DNA of 64,000 nucleotides from Candidatus Cloacimonadota bacterium (GTDB lineage Bacteria; Cloacimonadota; Cloacimonadia; G963667145): NCBI GenBank assembly GCA_963667145.1, contig OY762943.1, positions 498,122 to 562,121 of the forward strand, read 5' to 3'. Shown piece by piece: positions 29,926 to 39,593 of this stretch (position 1 is its first letter; each line of letters starts with the position of its first letter). The notes under the pieces were generated by a model. It saw only the letters and a program-made list of their open reading frames with translations, ran no database searches and was not told where the DNA came from. The position numbers and the translations under genes were made by a program.

Positions 29926-32178
29926 CTATCGCAATTGTTTGGTTGCTTCCACCATGTTTTTCAACGCTGGCTTCACTTCTTCCCACTTTCTGGTCTTCAG
30001 ACCGCAGTCGGGATTTACCCACATCTTCGGTCTGTCCACCACCTCAAGTCGCTCCACAATTTGCTTTTTGAACTCATCAACCGACGGAATACGAGGTGAA
30101 TGAATATCGTAAACTCCAGGACCGATTTCGTTGCTGTATCCAGTTTGCTTAAAGATTTGTAGCAAAGTGTTCCCACTTCTGGCAGTCTCGATAGTAATCA
30201 CATCGGCATCCATCGCTTCGATAGTCGGCATGATGTCGGTGAAATCGCTGTAACACATGTGAGTGTGAATTTGCGTTTCCATTCTAGCGGAAGAAACTGA
30301 CAGCTTAAAGCTATCCAAAGCCCACTTTTCGTAAGCAGCGATGTTCTCCTTACGCAGAGGATAACCCTCTTTGAAAGCGGCCTCATCCACCTGAATAACA
30401 AGAATTCCCGCATTTTGCAAATCGTCAATCTCGTCGCTGAGAGCCAAAGCAATCTGATTGGCAATGACAGCACGCTCCATATCGTTCCTGACAAACGACC
30501 AATTGATAATCGTCACAGGACCTGTCAGCATACCTTTCATAATGTTTTTGGCTTTGCTCTGTGCATAGGAAATCCACTTCACAGTCATCGCATCAGGACG
30601 ACTAATATCTCCGTAAATCACTGGTGGCTTCACACATCGACTGCCATAGCTTTGCACCCAGCCGTTTTTGGTGAAATGGAAACCTTTCATCAACTCACCG
30701 AAATATTCCACCATGTCGTTACGCTCAGGCTCGCCGTGCACCAAAACATCAATGTCAATTTCCTCTTGGAAAGACACGCAATCGTCGATGTACTTTTTGA
30801 TTTCAGCTTCATATTCGGCATACGAAATGTTGCCTTTTTTGAGAGCCAATCTCGTTTTGCGAAGCTCAGGAGTTTGCGGGAAACTGCCAATAGTCGTTGT
30901 CGGCAAATCAGGAAGATTCAGCTTTTCTCTTTGGATTTTTATTCTCTCGGCAAAATTCCCTTCACGCACGACCTTGGAAATATTTTTCATTCTGTTGGTT
31001 ACAGCACTGTCGGTTATCAAAGCGGAATTTTTCTTCGCATCCAAGATTTTTTTGTTGCTCTCAAGCTGAGCTTTGTCTTCAGCTGAAAGACTATCACCGT
31101 GGAAAGCTTTACCAAGGAAAGCAACCTCTTCCACCTTTTCCACTGCAAAAGCAAGCCACTGCTTGATGTCGCTATCTGGCTCATTCCGCAAAGAATACGG
31201 AACATGCAACAGAGAACATCCCGTGGAAACGATGATTTGCTCTTTCGGAACAACCTTGCTGATTTTCTGCAAAAGTTCCAAAGATTGTGCAAAGTCGTTA
31301 CGCCAAATATTTCTGCCATCAACCACTCCAGCAACAAGCACTTTGTCGCCGATAGATTTCAGGCAATCCAAATTCTTGCTACCATGCACAAAGTCAAGCC
31401 CGATGCCCCAGACAGGAGTTTCGGCAAGCTCGTTCACGGCTTCGCAAGAATGCTCAAAATACGAAGTAACGATTATATTGATGTTGGAGCTAACGTTTGC
31501 AAGTTCGGTGTAAGTCTTTTTCACAAACGACAAAATCTTTTCAGACGGATTTTTCACAAAAATAGGTTCATCAATCTGAACGGTAACCGTGCTGTCCGAA
31601 GTCGCAATCTTCTTCAAAAGCTCTTTGTAAACAGCAACAATTTTGTCGAAATAGTCGAAAGAATTTTCGCCATCAGCAGTCTTGGACAACGCCGTGTAAG
31701 TGATGGGTCCGATGATGTTAATCTTAGTGGCAATTCCCAAATCTTTGGCTTCCTTGTAATCGCTAACAATCTTGTCGGAATTGAGTTTGAAGTCGATTTC
31801 GCTGTCCAATTCTGGAGCGATGTAGTGATAATTCGTGTTAAACCATTTGGTCATAGCCATCGCCACAGCATCGGCGTTACCTCTCGCCATAGCAAAATAG
31901 CGTTCGGTGTTATCGGCAATCTTGCGAAATCTGGCAGGAATTGCGTTCAGCATCACGGAAGTGTCCAGCATCAAATCGTAGTAACTGAAATCGTTGGAAC
32001 TAATGTACTCAATTCCACGGTCTTTTTGCTCAAGCCAATGCTTTTTTCGCAACTCTTTGGCAGCAACTTCAAGGTCTTGCAAACTGATTTTGCCCGACCA
32101 ATAGGCTTCCAATTTCTTCTTTAACTCGCGTTTTTCTCCGATTCTAGGGAAACCGGTAATCAGAGTTTTGTTTATCAT
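29926..32178 (-). CDS. metE: Cobalamin-independent methionine synthase
   Basis: GFPRIG, KWFNTNYHY, TTTIGSFPQT, HGEPERNDMV, HTHMCYS, WVNPDCGLKTR. Confidence 0.97.
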   Translation of the reverse strand: MINKTLITGFPRIGEKRELKKKLEAYWSGKISLQDLEVAAKELRKKHWLEQKDRGIEYISSNDFSYYDLMLDTSVMLNAIPARFRKIADNTERYFAMARGNADAVAMAMTKWFNTNYHYIAPELDSEIDFKLNSDKIVSDYKEAKDLGIATKINIIGPITYTALSKTADGENSFDYFDKIVAVYKELLKKIATSDSTVTVQIDEPIFVKNPSEKILSFVKKTYTELANVSSNINIIVTSYFEHSCEAVNELAETPVWGIGLDFVHGSKNLDCLKSIGDKVLVAGVVDGRNIWRNDFAQSLELLQKISKVVPKEQIIVSTGCSLLHVPYSLRNEPDSDIKQWLAFAVEKVEEVAFLGKAFHGDSLSAEDKAQLESNKKILDAKKNSALITDSAVTNRMKNISKVVREGNFAERIKIQREKLNLPDLPTTTIGSFPQTPELRKTRLALKKGNISYAEYEAEIKKYIDDCVSFQEEIDIDVLVHGEPERNDMVEYFGELMKGFHFTKNGWVQSYGSRCVKPPVIYGDISRPDAMTVKWISYAQSKAKNIMKGMLTGPVTIINWSFVRNDMERAVIANQIALALSDEIDDLQNAGILVIQVDEAAFKEGYPLRKENIAAYEKWALDSFKLSVSSARMETQIHTHMCYSDFTDIMPTIEAMDADVITIETARSGNTLLQIFKQTGYSNEIGPGVYDIHSPRIPSVDEFKKQIVERLEVVDRPKMWVNPDCGLKTRKWEEVKPALKNMVEATKQLR

Positions 32179-32359
32179 TATAAGTTCTCCTTGTTTTTCT
32201 CTCAAAATTTTATTTGAAGATTCTAATATATGTTTGATTTTGCTTGCATTTATAGGGAATATTGGGATGATAAGCTATGGAGTTGTTTATACTTAAATGA
32301 GGTCATTTTTGTCAATTATAATATTTTGGAAATCATTTTGGTCAAGGGAAAATACTTGA

Positions 32360-32451
32360 ACTTCTTGCTCTCCTGTTCCTCGTTTTCGCGAAAGTGGATG
32401 TCCATCTTCCTGTTATTCTATTCCTCATGCCCGTGCAAACGGGTATCCATT
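32360..32451. repeat. Two tandem ~46-bp REP-like palindromic units (third copy at about 34279-34324)
   Basis: CTCATGCCCGTGCAAACGGGTATCCATT is identical at 32424-32451 and 34297-34324; a degenerate copy lies at 32360-32405. Confidence 0.75.
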
Positions 32452-32735
32452 GCAATGTGCCTTCTTTTTTTCGCCGTAAAAAAAGAAGCAAAAAACCTCT
32501 AAATACAAAATTAAAAAGCTAAATTTCTAACCTCTCCCTCTCACGATAATTAGCACCGTCTCAAATAGCCAATATAGAAAATTATCAAGAGGCTTGAAAC
32601 GGTTCTATTCTCGTAGTTCGGTCAGCTAATAAATTTCACGCTTTTTGCTTTAATGTATTTACCGTTACCACCCAAGCCCAAAGAGTGCTTCGCTCAGGGT
32701 GGTAGACTCTCTTTCTTCTTTCCTTCGTTTTTGAG

Positions 32736-32835
32736 TCTATCAAGCACAACTCTTTAACTTATTCGTCTTGCTTTTGTGCTTGGGGTGGCTTCAAATCCTT
32801 CAAGTTGAGCCTCGTAAAAATTGAAAACGACTGAA
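32736..32835 (+). repeat. ~100-bp interspersed repeat, copy A
   Basis: Near-identical to 37656-37755 (TCTATCAA.CACAACTCTTTAACTT...CTTGGGGTGGCT.CAAATCCTTCAAGTTGAGCCTCGT...GAAAACGACTGAA). Confidence 0.85.
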
Positions 32836-32862
32836 CTGGATTCCGTGTCTCAAGCACATATA

Positions 32863-34173
32863 TAGACCTTTGCATTTTGTGGGAAAACAAAATTAATCAC
32901 TTTTCCCAACTAATTTTTCTCAGATTTCTCCAAAATTTCTCTTCTATTTTCTCTTTTTCTTGCTCATTATTATCAAAATGTGCCAAATTTTCCGCATTGA
33001 ATACAGCAATCCTATATCAATTGTGCCTCACACAGTTTTACGGCTCGCTTTAAATTGAACGCTAACGCTCCCAATTGTAAAAAGAAATGAGTTTTCTCCA
33101 AGCCGAAGTAACGACTGCGTCCATATCCATACGATTTATGTAGCGTGCCAAAAGTCCGCTCCACAATATATCGCGTTTTGGAGACCATTTTGTTATACCG
33201 CTTTTTTAGGTTCCGAATTTCTTTACTGTCATTTTTCTTGTTTTTGAACATAATTGCACTCTTCAGCTCTTTCTCTTTCAAAATCTCGCGATTCTTCCTG
33301 CTACAATAACCTTTGTCCGCATAGACAGGCTTATTCAGTGGTAAATTCATCTTCTGCAACAAATCGGGGAAAACTGTTGTGTCATGCTGATTTGCTGGGG
33401 TTGTGATAATTTCCTGCACCAAACCATACTGGGGGTCAACTGAAATATTGCCTTTGTATCCATACACAAAGAGACCTCGCTTGCTCACCCACTTGGCATC
33501 GGGGTCTTTGCTCTCCTGAATATTGACTTCGGTCGAAACAAATTTTTGTTCTTCGCTCTCAGCATCTGCCACGGGCTCTGTTTCTATTGTCACTTGCTTT
33601 TTGGGGCGTGCCGCAGAACTCACAAGTGTCGCATCCACTACGGCACCAGTTTTTAAGTTAATTCCCAACTTCGCGAATTGGTAATTCACCTCGTTCAGCA
33701 ACTTTTCCAACAGATTTCGCTGAATAAGTAAATTTTTGAACCTGCTAATCGTGGAATGGTCAGGAGTATCGTCGTCCATACTGAATCCACAAAACTTCAT
33801 AAACAAAAAATCGTACATCAATCGCTCGGCACACTTCACTTCGCTGAGATTATACCACATCATCAGCAAGTAAACCTTGAACATCGTGGATCTTCTGTAG
33901 GGAATGCAACCTGCCACGTTGTCGCGTTTTCGAGGAATTCTGTTTAAAATTTTGCCAATCCTTTTCCAATCAAGTAGTTTCTCCACTTTGAAAAGAAAAT
34001 GATTTTCCATCTTCTTCAGTTTCGTCTTCATTGCCAAATCCCCAAAAGATATTCCAGTATGCATTTAAATCCTCCAATGCTCAATAATTTTTAAACAAAT
34101 AAAGTTAGCCTTAACGTATTGTAAATAAATACATTAAACTTTCTTTTTGTGAAAATTTATGTGCAAAGATTTC
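32863..34173 (-). mobile_element. IS5-family insertion sequence (~1.3 kb)
   Basis: Imperfect terminal IRs TAGACCTTTGCA / GAAATCTTTGCA, flanked by ATATA on both sides; exact boundary is ambiguous. Confidence 0.8.
33012..34064 (-). CDS. IS5-family transposase
   Basis: PDHSTISRF, VDAT, DPDAKW, YGYK, YADKGY, RYIVERTFG. Confidence 0.95.
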   Translation of the reverse strand: MHTGISFGDLAMKTKLKKMENHFLFKVEKLLDWKRIGKILNRIPRKRDNVAGCIPYRRSTMFKVYLLMMWYNLSEVKCAERLMYDFLFMKFCGFSMDDDTPDHSTISRFKNLLIQRNLLEKLLNEVNYQFAKLGINLKTGAVVDATLVSSAARPKKQVTIETEPVADAESEEQKFVSTEVNIQESKDPDAKWVSKRGLFVYGYKGNISVDPQYGLVQEIITTPANQHDTTVFPDLLQKMNLPLNKPVYADKGYCSRKNREILKEKELKSAIMFKNKKNDSKEIRNLKKRYNKMVSKTRYIVERTFGTLHKSYGYGRSRYFGLEKTHFFLQLGALAFNLKRAVKLCEAQLI

Positions 34174-34323
34174 ATATAGTACTAAGCAAAAGATTAACGT
34201 TGTGTTTGATGGACAGCGAGAATGAGAAGGAAAAGAAAACGAGAATGAGAAATGTTTGGGCTTTCTGTTTCACTTAGACTTCTTGCTACTCTATTTCTCA
34301 TGCCCGTGCAAACGGGTATCCAT

Positions 34324-35466
34324 TTATACTTCTTTCTCCACCACTTTTTTGGTGGTGGCTATCTTGCTGTCGGCATACAAAACCACATCTTTGATGACGA
34401 GCTTCTGAATGGCAGAGATGAATGTTTCCATTATGGCATAGTTTGGTTGTTGGTTTTGAGATATAGGCAAATTAAAAGAAACTTCTTTAGCAATACTCCA
34501 ATGCCTAGAATATCCCATATTGGGAATACATTTTTTCCAAGAAGCAATAACACACAATATCATGTTAATTGAATAATTTTCAATAAGTTCCAAAACTTTG
34601 ACATTATCAGCTACACAAAAATTTTCTTTAGCTAAATTAAAACTTCTTGTATGGTCTCCAAAAACTAAATAATAAGCATTTTTTTCATCAATCAAGAACT
34701 CTGCTTCTTTGTTTGTATATCCAATAATTCCATTGTTTGTTGATTCTGAAGAAAAAACTGGTATTTTACTATTATTCTCCAAATCAGACTTGCTCAACTT
34801 ATTTTTAACTGTAAGAACTTTAAAAATTTCATCATATTCAAATTCACCAAACTCAATTTTATCATCTTCAAAATCTTGCAAAATTTTTTGCTCTTCTTTG
34901 GTCAGTTCATAATCTTTGAGACCTGTTGCTGATAGATATGTTTCCAGCTCCGCCACTCGCTCCGCTTCCAGCTCCGCTATAAACTCTTCCATAAATTCAA
35001 AATCTATTTCCCCATTTTTGGTTGGTAGTTGAATATAATTTTGCTCTAAAGTTTCCTTTCTCGGATAACCACTATAGCCACCATAAGGAAGACTATTAAT
35101 CAAACTACCAACAAACATTTTTTGATTTTTTGTTAAATTTGGCATTTTCATAACCAAAATATTATTTGCCAAAACAAATTTTTCATCATGATAAAATACA
35201 GTTCCACTATAAATTCCACGAGTTGAAATTGTTAATTCATCTTCAAAAATTTCATTTTCAGGCAAGTTATCTTCTGTATAATAATTAGTTCCATTATTTT
35301 CTGTAATACCACTAATTACAGAAATAGATTTTATTGTTGGTTTTTCTAATTCAGTTTCGTACTTTTTGTTTTTACCATACACCCAACTATCTACATCAAA
35401 CAAATCGCCAATTCTGTATTCCCCCCACTCAACTTCTGCTAATTTCTTATTGAGTGGGGAAACTAT
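34324..35466 (-). CDS. Restriction-modification specificity subunit with two TRDs; no clear start codon, probably reached by -1 frameshift
   Basis: VEWGEYRIGDLF and IEFGEFEYDEIF repeats; LPTKNGEIDFEFMEEFIAEL and PNYAIMETFISAI conserved helices. Confidence 0.85.
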   Translation of the reverse strand: MVSPLNKKLAEVEWGEYRIGDLFDVDSWVYGKNKKYETELEKPTIKSISVISGITENNGTNYYTEDNLPENEIFEDELTISTRGIYSGTVFYHDEKFVLANNILVMKMPNLTKNQKMFVGSLINSLPYGGYSGYPRKETLEQNYIQLPTKNGEIDFEFMEEFIAELEAERVAELETYLSATGLKDYELTKEEQKILQDFEDDKIEFGEFEYDEIFKVLTVKNKLSKSDLENNSKIPVFSSESTNNGIIGYTNKEAEFLIDEKNAYYLVFGDHTRSFNLAKENFCVADNVKVLELIENYSINMILCVIASWKKCIPNMGYSRHWSIAKEVSFNLPISQNQQPNYAIMETFISAIQKLVIKDVVLYADSKIATTKKVVEKEV

Positions 35467-37502
35467 TTTCCCAGGCTATCGTCCTCACTATTCTTTTTGA
35501 GAATGTTGGAAACTTCCCAAGCCAGATAGTCGCTCATAGTCTTTTTGAAATCTTGCAAAGTCGGTTTGGTGTCGATAGGAGCAGATTGGTTCCAGTCAGC
35601 TCCATTGTATGGGTCTATAGTACCTTCGTAATACTCTTTTTCGCTAAAAATTTTCAACTTGCTTTTACCAAATCGCACCAAATTCACCAACTCTTCGTAG
35701 CGTTCTTTGGCTTGGTCGGTGTCTTTTAGGTTGTTACTTGCTTTTTTGCGATTGGTTCTGGTGTAGCCGTCGTTGGAAAAATCAATAAACTTCACAATTT
35801 CATCTTTGTTGTGTGGCTCATTCACACGGAAAACATACACATTGGTTTGCACACTGGACTTACCAATAAATAAATCAATCGGCATTTTGATACTTGCCAA
35901 AAGTGTGTTATGTTTCAAAATCTTTTTGTTATATTCTTTTGCTTTGCCACTTCCAGCAGAATTTTGAATGATAATCGCCGCATAACCTTTGCTCATCATA
36001 TTCAGAGCTTTCTCCACAAAAACCATTCCGTTGCCACTTGCGGAATAAGGAGGATTTAACACAAAAGCAGTAGCTGGAAAATTGTCGTTTGTGTTTCCGA
36101 AAGCATATTTCCCATCAAAATCGCTCAAGGAGTTTTTGTTCAAAATGTTAGAACTTCCATCTCCCATCAATATCATATTAAGAACAGCCAACATATAAAT
36201 GCTGGAAAGTAGCTCCAAACCAAGTAATTGCTCAGCTTTGATTTTCAACTCTTTTTGCTTGAGTTCCTCTGGCGAAGTGATGGAATTTTTGGCATGATTT
36301 AGCATCTCATTCATCGCAGCCACCAAAAGTCCTGCCGAGCCTGTGGCAAAATCCCAAACATAAGAATCTTTGTTCACTCTTGCCAACTTTACCAACAAAG
36401 AAGACACATAAGACGGAGTAAGCACCACATCGTTGAGTTTGTCTTGTGTAAAGCCGAGCCAACCATACATTTCGTTGAAAAGTTTGCCTGTAAAATCGGT
36501 AGTCAAACCGATTTTGTAATAAATGCCCAAATCATCTACAATTTTGCAGAAAACCCTCTTTAATTGACTTTCACCATCTTGAGGCTTGTTAATATTGTCA
36601 GTCAAAAGAGTGTTGGACAAAGTCCTGATAATAAGGTCTCTTTTCTCTTGAGGCAAATCTTTTTCACTCAGAAAAGCTTTAACTCTTCCAATCAAAATGT
36701 CGCCATCTCGACCACCATCATATTCTTGCGATTTTAAATCCTCTTTTTCCAAAACAGGCACTTTTCCTGGAATGCCCAAAGTGGCAATAATTGAAGCAGC
36801 CACCAAATAGACTCGGTCATTTTCTCCCAAACCCTTCTCACTTTGGTAAATATCATTATTGAGCTTAATCAAACTAATGTCAATCTCACGTTCGCGTTGC
36901 TCTTTGAGTTCGTCCAATTCCTCTTGGCTCAAGCTCAAATCTTTTACTTGTTCAATAAAATTATCAAAATTTTCAGGAGCCAAAAAAGAAAAATCAGAGA
37001 ATTCGCCAACTTTTTGACCTGCTCCAAAGTTGCTTTTGGAAACATAATACACACCAATTTCGTATTGCAATTTGCCAGTATCATCTTTGTAGCCAGTCAT
37101 TCCGATAGCGATTATATCGGTATACCCTGTATAATGAAGGATAGCATTCGCATAATGCACAGCTCCATTCACTGCATAATCTTTTATATTTTTGAAATTT
37201 GGTTCATTTTTCTTGGTTTTATTCTCAACTTGTCCATTTTTAAGTTTCACGAGCTTACCTTTGTAGCCCTTATATTCTATGAGAATAGGATAAAATTTCA
37301 GATTTTTATCTTTCAAAAGTAACTTGGTATCAGGACGATTTCCGCCAGTTCCTCCACCCTTGGAGTCATAGTTTTTTAGTGCTCCATCAATTTCAGAATT
37401 CAAAGACTCTTGCTCAAGTTTGTAATCCAATTTATAAGACTTCAGCCAACAATCACCTAAGTCTCTAATATTTGGTTCTACTGATTGTTTTGATTTACTC
37501 AT
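35463..37502 (-). CDS. Fused endonuclease/N6-adenine methyltransferase (Type IIB/IIG, BcgI-alpha-like)
   Basis: RPD...IEYK nuclease motif; VVLTP, WDFATGSAG (motif I) and NPPY (motif IV). Confidence 0.9.
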   Translation of the reverse strand: MSKSKQSVEPNIRDLGDCWLKSYKLDYKLEQESLNSEIDGALKNYDSKGGGTGGNRPDTKLLLKDKNLKFYPILIEYKGYKGKLVKLKNGQVENKTKKNEPNFKNIKDYAVNGAVHYANAILHYTGYTDIIAIGMTGYKDDTGKLQYEIGVYYVSKSNFGAGQKVGEFSDFSFLAPENFDNFIEQVKDLSLSQEELDELKEQREREIDISLIKLNNDIYQSEKGLGENDRVYLVAASIIATLGIPGKVPVLEKEDLKSQEYDGGRDGDILIGRVKAFLSEKDLPQEKRDLIIRTLSNTLLTDNINKPQDGESQLKRVFCKIVDDLGIYYKIGLTTDFTGKLFNEMYGWLGFTQDKLNDVVLTPSYVSSLLVKLARVNKDSYVWDFATGSAGLLVAAMNEMLNHAKNSITSPEELKQKELKIKAEQLLGLELLSSIYMLAVLNMILMGDGSSNILNKNSLSDFDGKYAFGNTNDNFPATAFVLNPPYSASGNGMVFVEKALNMMSKGYAAIIIQNSAGSGKAKEYNKKILKHNTLLASIKMPIDLFIGKSSVQTNVYVFRVNEPHNKDEIVKFIDFSNDGYTRTNRKKASNNLKDTDQAKERYEELVNLVRFGKSKLKIFSEKEYYEGTIDPYNGADWNQSAPIDTKPTLQDFKKTMSDYLAWEVSNILKKNSEDDSLGK

Positions 37503-37640
37503 TTTATTTTCCCAATTCATTTAAATTTCAATCTTTCTTTAATTAGAAAAATTTATCGTCAAACATTTTGTTGGAGTTTTTGGCTATTGCTTTCATAACT
37601 TATGGGAGGCGTGTTTTCTCTCGTTCCTAAGTACACAGCC

Positions 37641-37755
37641 ATCTCATACTCACTGTCTATCAAACACAACTCTTTAACTTCTTCATCTTGCTTTTGTGCT
37701 TGGGGTGGCTACAAATCCTTCAAGTTGAGCCTCGTGAAAATAGAAAACGACTGAA
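37641..37755 (+). repeat. Interspersed repeat, copy B
   Basis: Direct repeat of 32736-32835; its first 30 bp also recur inverted at 34199-34228. Confidence 0.8.
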
Positions 37756-37938
37756 GTCAATTATTGTGCGATACCTGTCGTCTCTTGCAGAATTGCTAAT
37801 CTGACTTCACAGGTTGAGCTTACAATAATAACGACGGAGTTGAATATTTTAGAGGCGAGGCTTCGGATTTTGATTTTTTTTCTTTGGCGTTACTCTTTCT
37901 TTTTTTATCACGAAAAAAAGAAAGGTAACAAACTAATT

Positions 37939-38346
37939 CTAATGATCACTCCCCGCATAAATCCACATCGGCTCAGTTTTGCCAGCACGCGAAAACCCCA
38001 TCTTCTCATAGAAATCAATAGCATCTCCGTCGGCGGTCAACATCTGCATATGGAAATCGCCATACTTCTCAAACATCTTCTCCATAATCATCCGACCGAT
38101 TCCCTTGCCCTGATAGTCGGGAAGCACCAACAAATGCGGATAGTAAACCACCAAATGTCCATCGGAAATAGAGTTACCCAAGCCAACCAATTTTTCGCCG
38201 TCCCAAGCACTAACAAGAGCGTGAGAATTTATCAAAGCAGCAAGCAACTCCTTGGGTTTGGAGGCTGCACTCCACTCGTTCGCTCTATACAATTCCAACA
38301 CGGCTTTCGCTTCCAACTCTCTATTTTCCGCAATCTTAATCTGCAT
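37939..38346 (-). CDS. GNAT-family acetyltransferase
   Basis: LLVLPDYQGKGIGR; FYEKMGF. Confidence 0.9.
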   Translation of the reverse strand: MQIKIAENRELEAKAVLELYRANEWSAASKPKELLAALINSHALVSAWDGEKLVGLGNSISDGHLVVYYPHLLVLPDYQGKGIGRMIMEKMFEKYGDFHMQMLTADGDAIDFYEKMGFSRAGKTEPMWIYAGSDH

Positions 38347-38367
38347 TATGCACCTCTCCCAAAACTC

Positions 38368-38694
38368 TTACTTCTTCGGCTTCCTTCTCTTTTGTATTGG
38401 CAACTCCGCAAGGGAAATCCTGACCAACTCGCTCAGCCAATCGCTATCCTCAATTTTGTCCTCAATGAGAAAATAAGGCTTCGCTCCCTCATAGGGCGGT
38501 TCTTCCGTTACTTGCCCGATAAATTCTTTTCCCGCTTTAGTCGGCTTGATAAACAGCTTGCCATCGTCAAGCAAACCAAAAATTTTTCCATCGGAGTAAA
38601 TCGCACATCCACCGAACATTCGCTTGGCAATAATTTCTCCCGCATTCGCGATTTGGTCGATTACGTAATCTATAAATTCTTGGCTAATTGCCAT
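38368..38694 (-). CDS. TfoX/Sxy N-terminal domain protein
   Basis: KRMFGG..IY.DGKIF.L...LFIKPT; PPYEGAKPY. Confidence 0.88.
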   Translation of the reverse strand: MAISQEFIDYVIDQIANAGEIIAKRMFGGCAIYSDGKIFGLLDDGKLFIKPTKAGKEFIGQVTEEPPYEGAKPYFLIEDKIEDSDWLSELVRISLAELPIQKRRKPKK

Positions 38695-39520
38695 CGTCTC
38701 CTCCCTGTGTTTTGCCAAAAAACATCTCTCTGTCTATATAAAGCACTGTAATTGCAACAATTAGAAGCAACACCGTCTGAATGACCTTGCTGTCTGGATG
38801 AGTCGCAAAAATCTCGTTGGAAATATTCGCCATGAGATGAAAAATAATTGTAACCACAATATTCCGCTTCGTCTTGAAGTAAAGCCAATTCATCAAAACC
38901 ACAAAAACAAAAAGACTGAAAATGTAGTTCAGCGAGTAAATCCACCCTTCGGCAACCACATTGCTGTGGAAGTAGCCTTTGACAAAAGACAAGGGGAAAT
39001 GCCAAAACACCCAGTAAAAAGCGAAAATCAGGCAAGTGTTGAACAGATTGAATTTTCGCCTGAGAGTGTCAGTTCCGTAGGAGTGCCACGCCAATTCCTC
39101 AACAATCGGAGCCAAAATAAGAATCAACCACGGAGACAGCAGGAAAGAAGTGAAATTTGGCTTGCCCGAAATGTAGAATTGACCCAAATCATGACCAAAA
39201 AGTAGGGAAATGAATTGTGCCAAGATAATCGAAATTGGCAACAAAAAAACAGTCATCAAAATGTACTTTTTCTCCACTTTCTCCAATTTGAACAATCGCT
39301 CCAGCAAATCTTTCTTCAAAACTTCGTCTTTCATAAAATAATAAGCTGCAACCACAGTAGGTGCAAAAAGTCCCATAATCGCCAAAGTTTGTTGGGCAAG
39401 TTGTAGCAAATTACTTTGATAAGGCCGATGACTAAGATAAGCCACCGCAAACCACAAAATCCACGGAATCAACAAAGAGTATCCGTAAAAAGCTATCGTT
39501 TTATTATAACGTTCTAACAT
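38684..39520 (-). CDS. CPBP (CAAX protease/Abi) intramembrane metalloprotease
   Basis: EELAW, WVFWH and FHLMAN motifs. Confidence 0.88.
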   Translation of the reverse strand: MLERYNKTIAFYGYSLLIPWILWFAVAYLSHRPYQSNLLQLAQQTLAIMGLFAPTVVAAYYFMKDEVLKKDLLERLFKLEKVEKKYILMTVFLLPISIILAQFISLLFGHDLGQFYISGKPNFTSFLLSPWLILILAPIVEELAWHSYGTDTLRRKFNLFNTCLIFAFYWVFWHFPLSFVKGYFHSNVVAEGWIYSLNYIFSLFVFVVLMNWLYFKTKRNIVVTIIFHLMANISNEIFATHPDSKVIQTVLLLIVAITVLYIDREMFFGKTQGGDDGN

Positions 39521-39558
39521 TTTTTCCTCCCAGAAATAAAAATAATTCAACAAATAAA

Positions 39559-39577
39559 TTGACCGACGGTCAGTCAA
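39559..39577. promoter_or_regulatory. Putative TetR operator between the divergent CPBP and TetR genes
   Basis: Dyad TTGACCGAC-G-GTCAGTCAA with one mismatch. Confidence 0.65.
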
Positions 39578-39593
39578 TATTTTTATTGTATTT

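Noticed and set aside
31099-32124. Long antisense ORFs (also 37840-38751, 27673-28335, 7897-8526)
   Set aside because: They are shadows of well-supported genes on the opposite strand and have no recognisable motifs.
32180-32420. SAM or cobalamin riboswitch upstream of metE
   Set aside because: No recognisable consensus by eye; an Rfam scan would be needed to exclude it fully.
35421-35426. Phase-variable G6 tract at the RM/S junction
   Set aside because: The tract lies downstream of the RM stop, is in frame with S and forms one arm of the stem; slippage there could not fuse the two ORFs.
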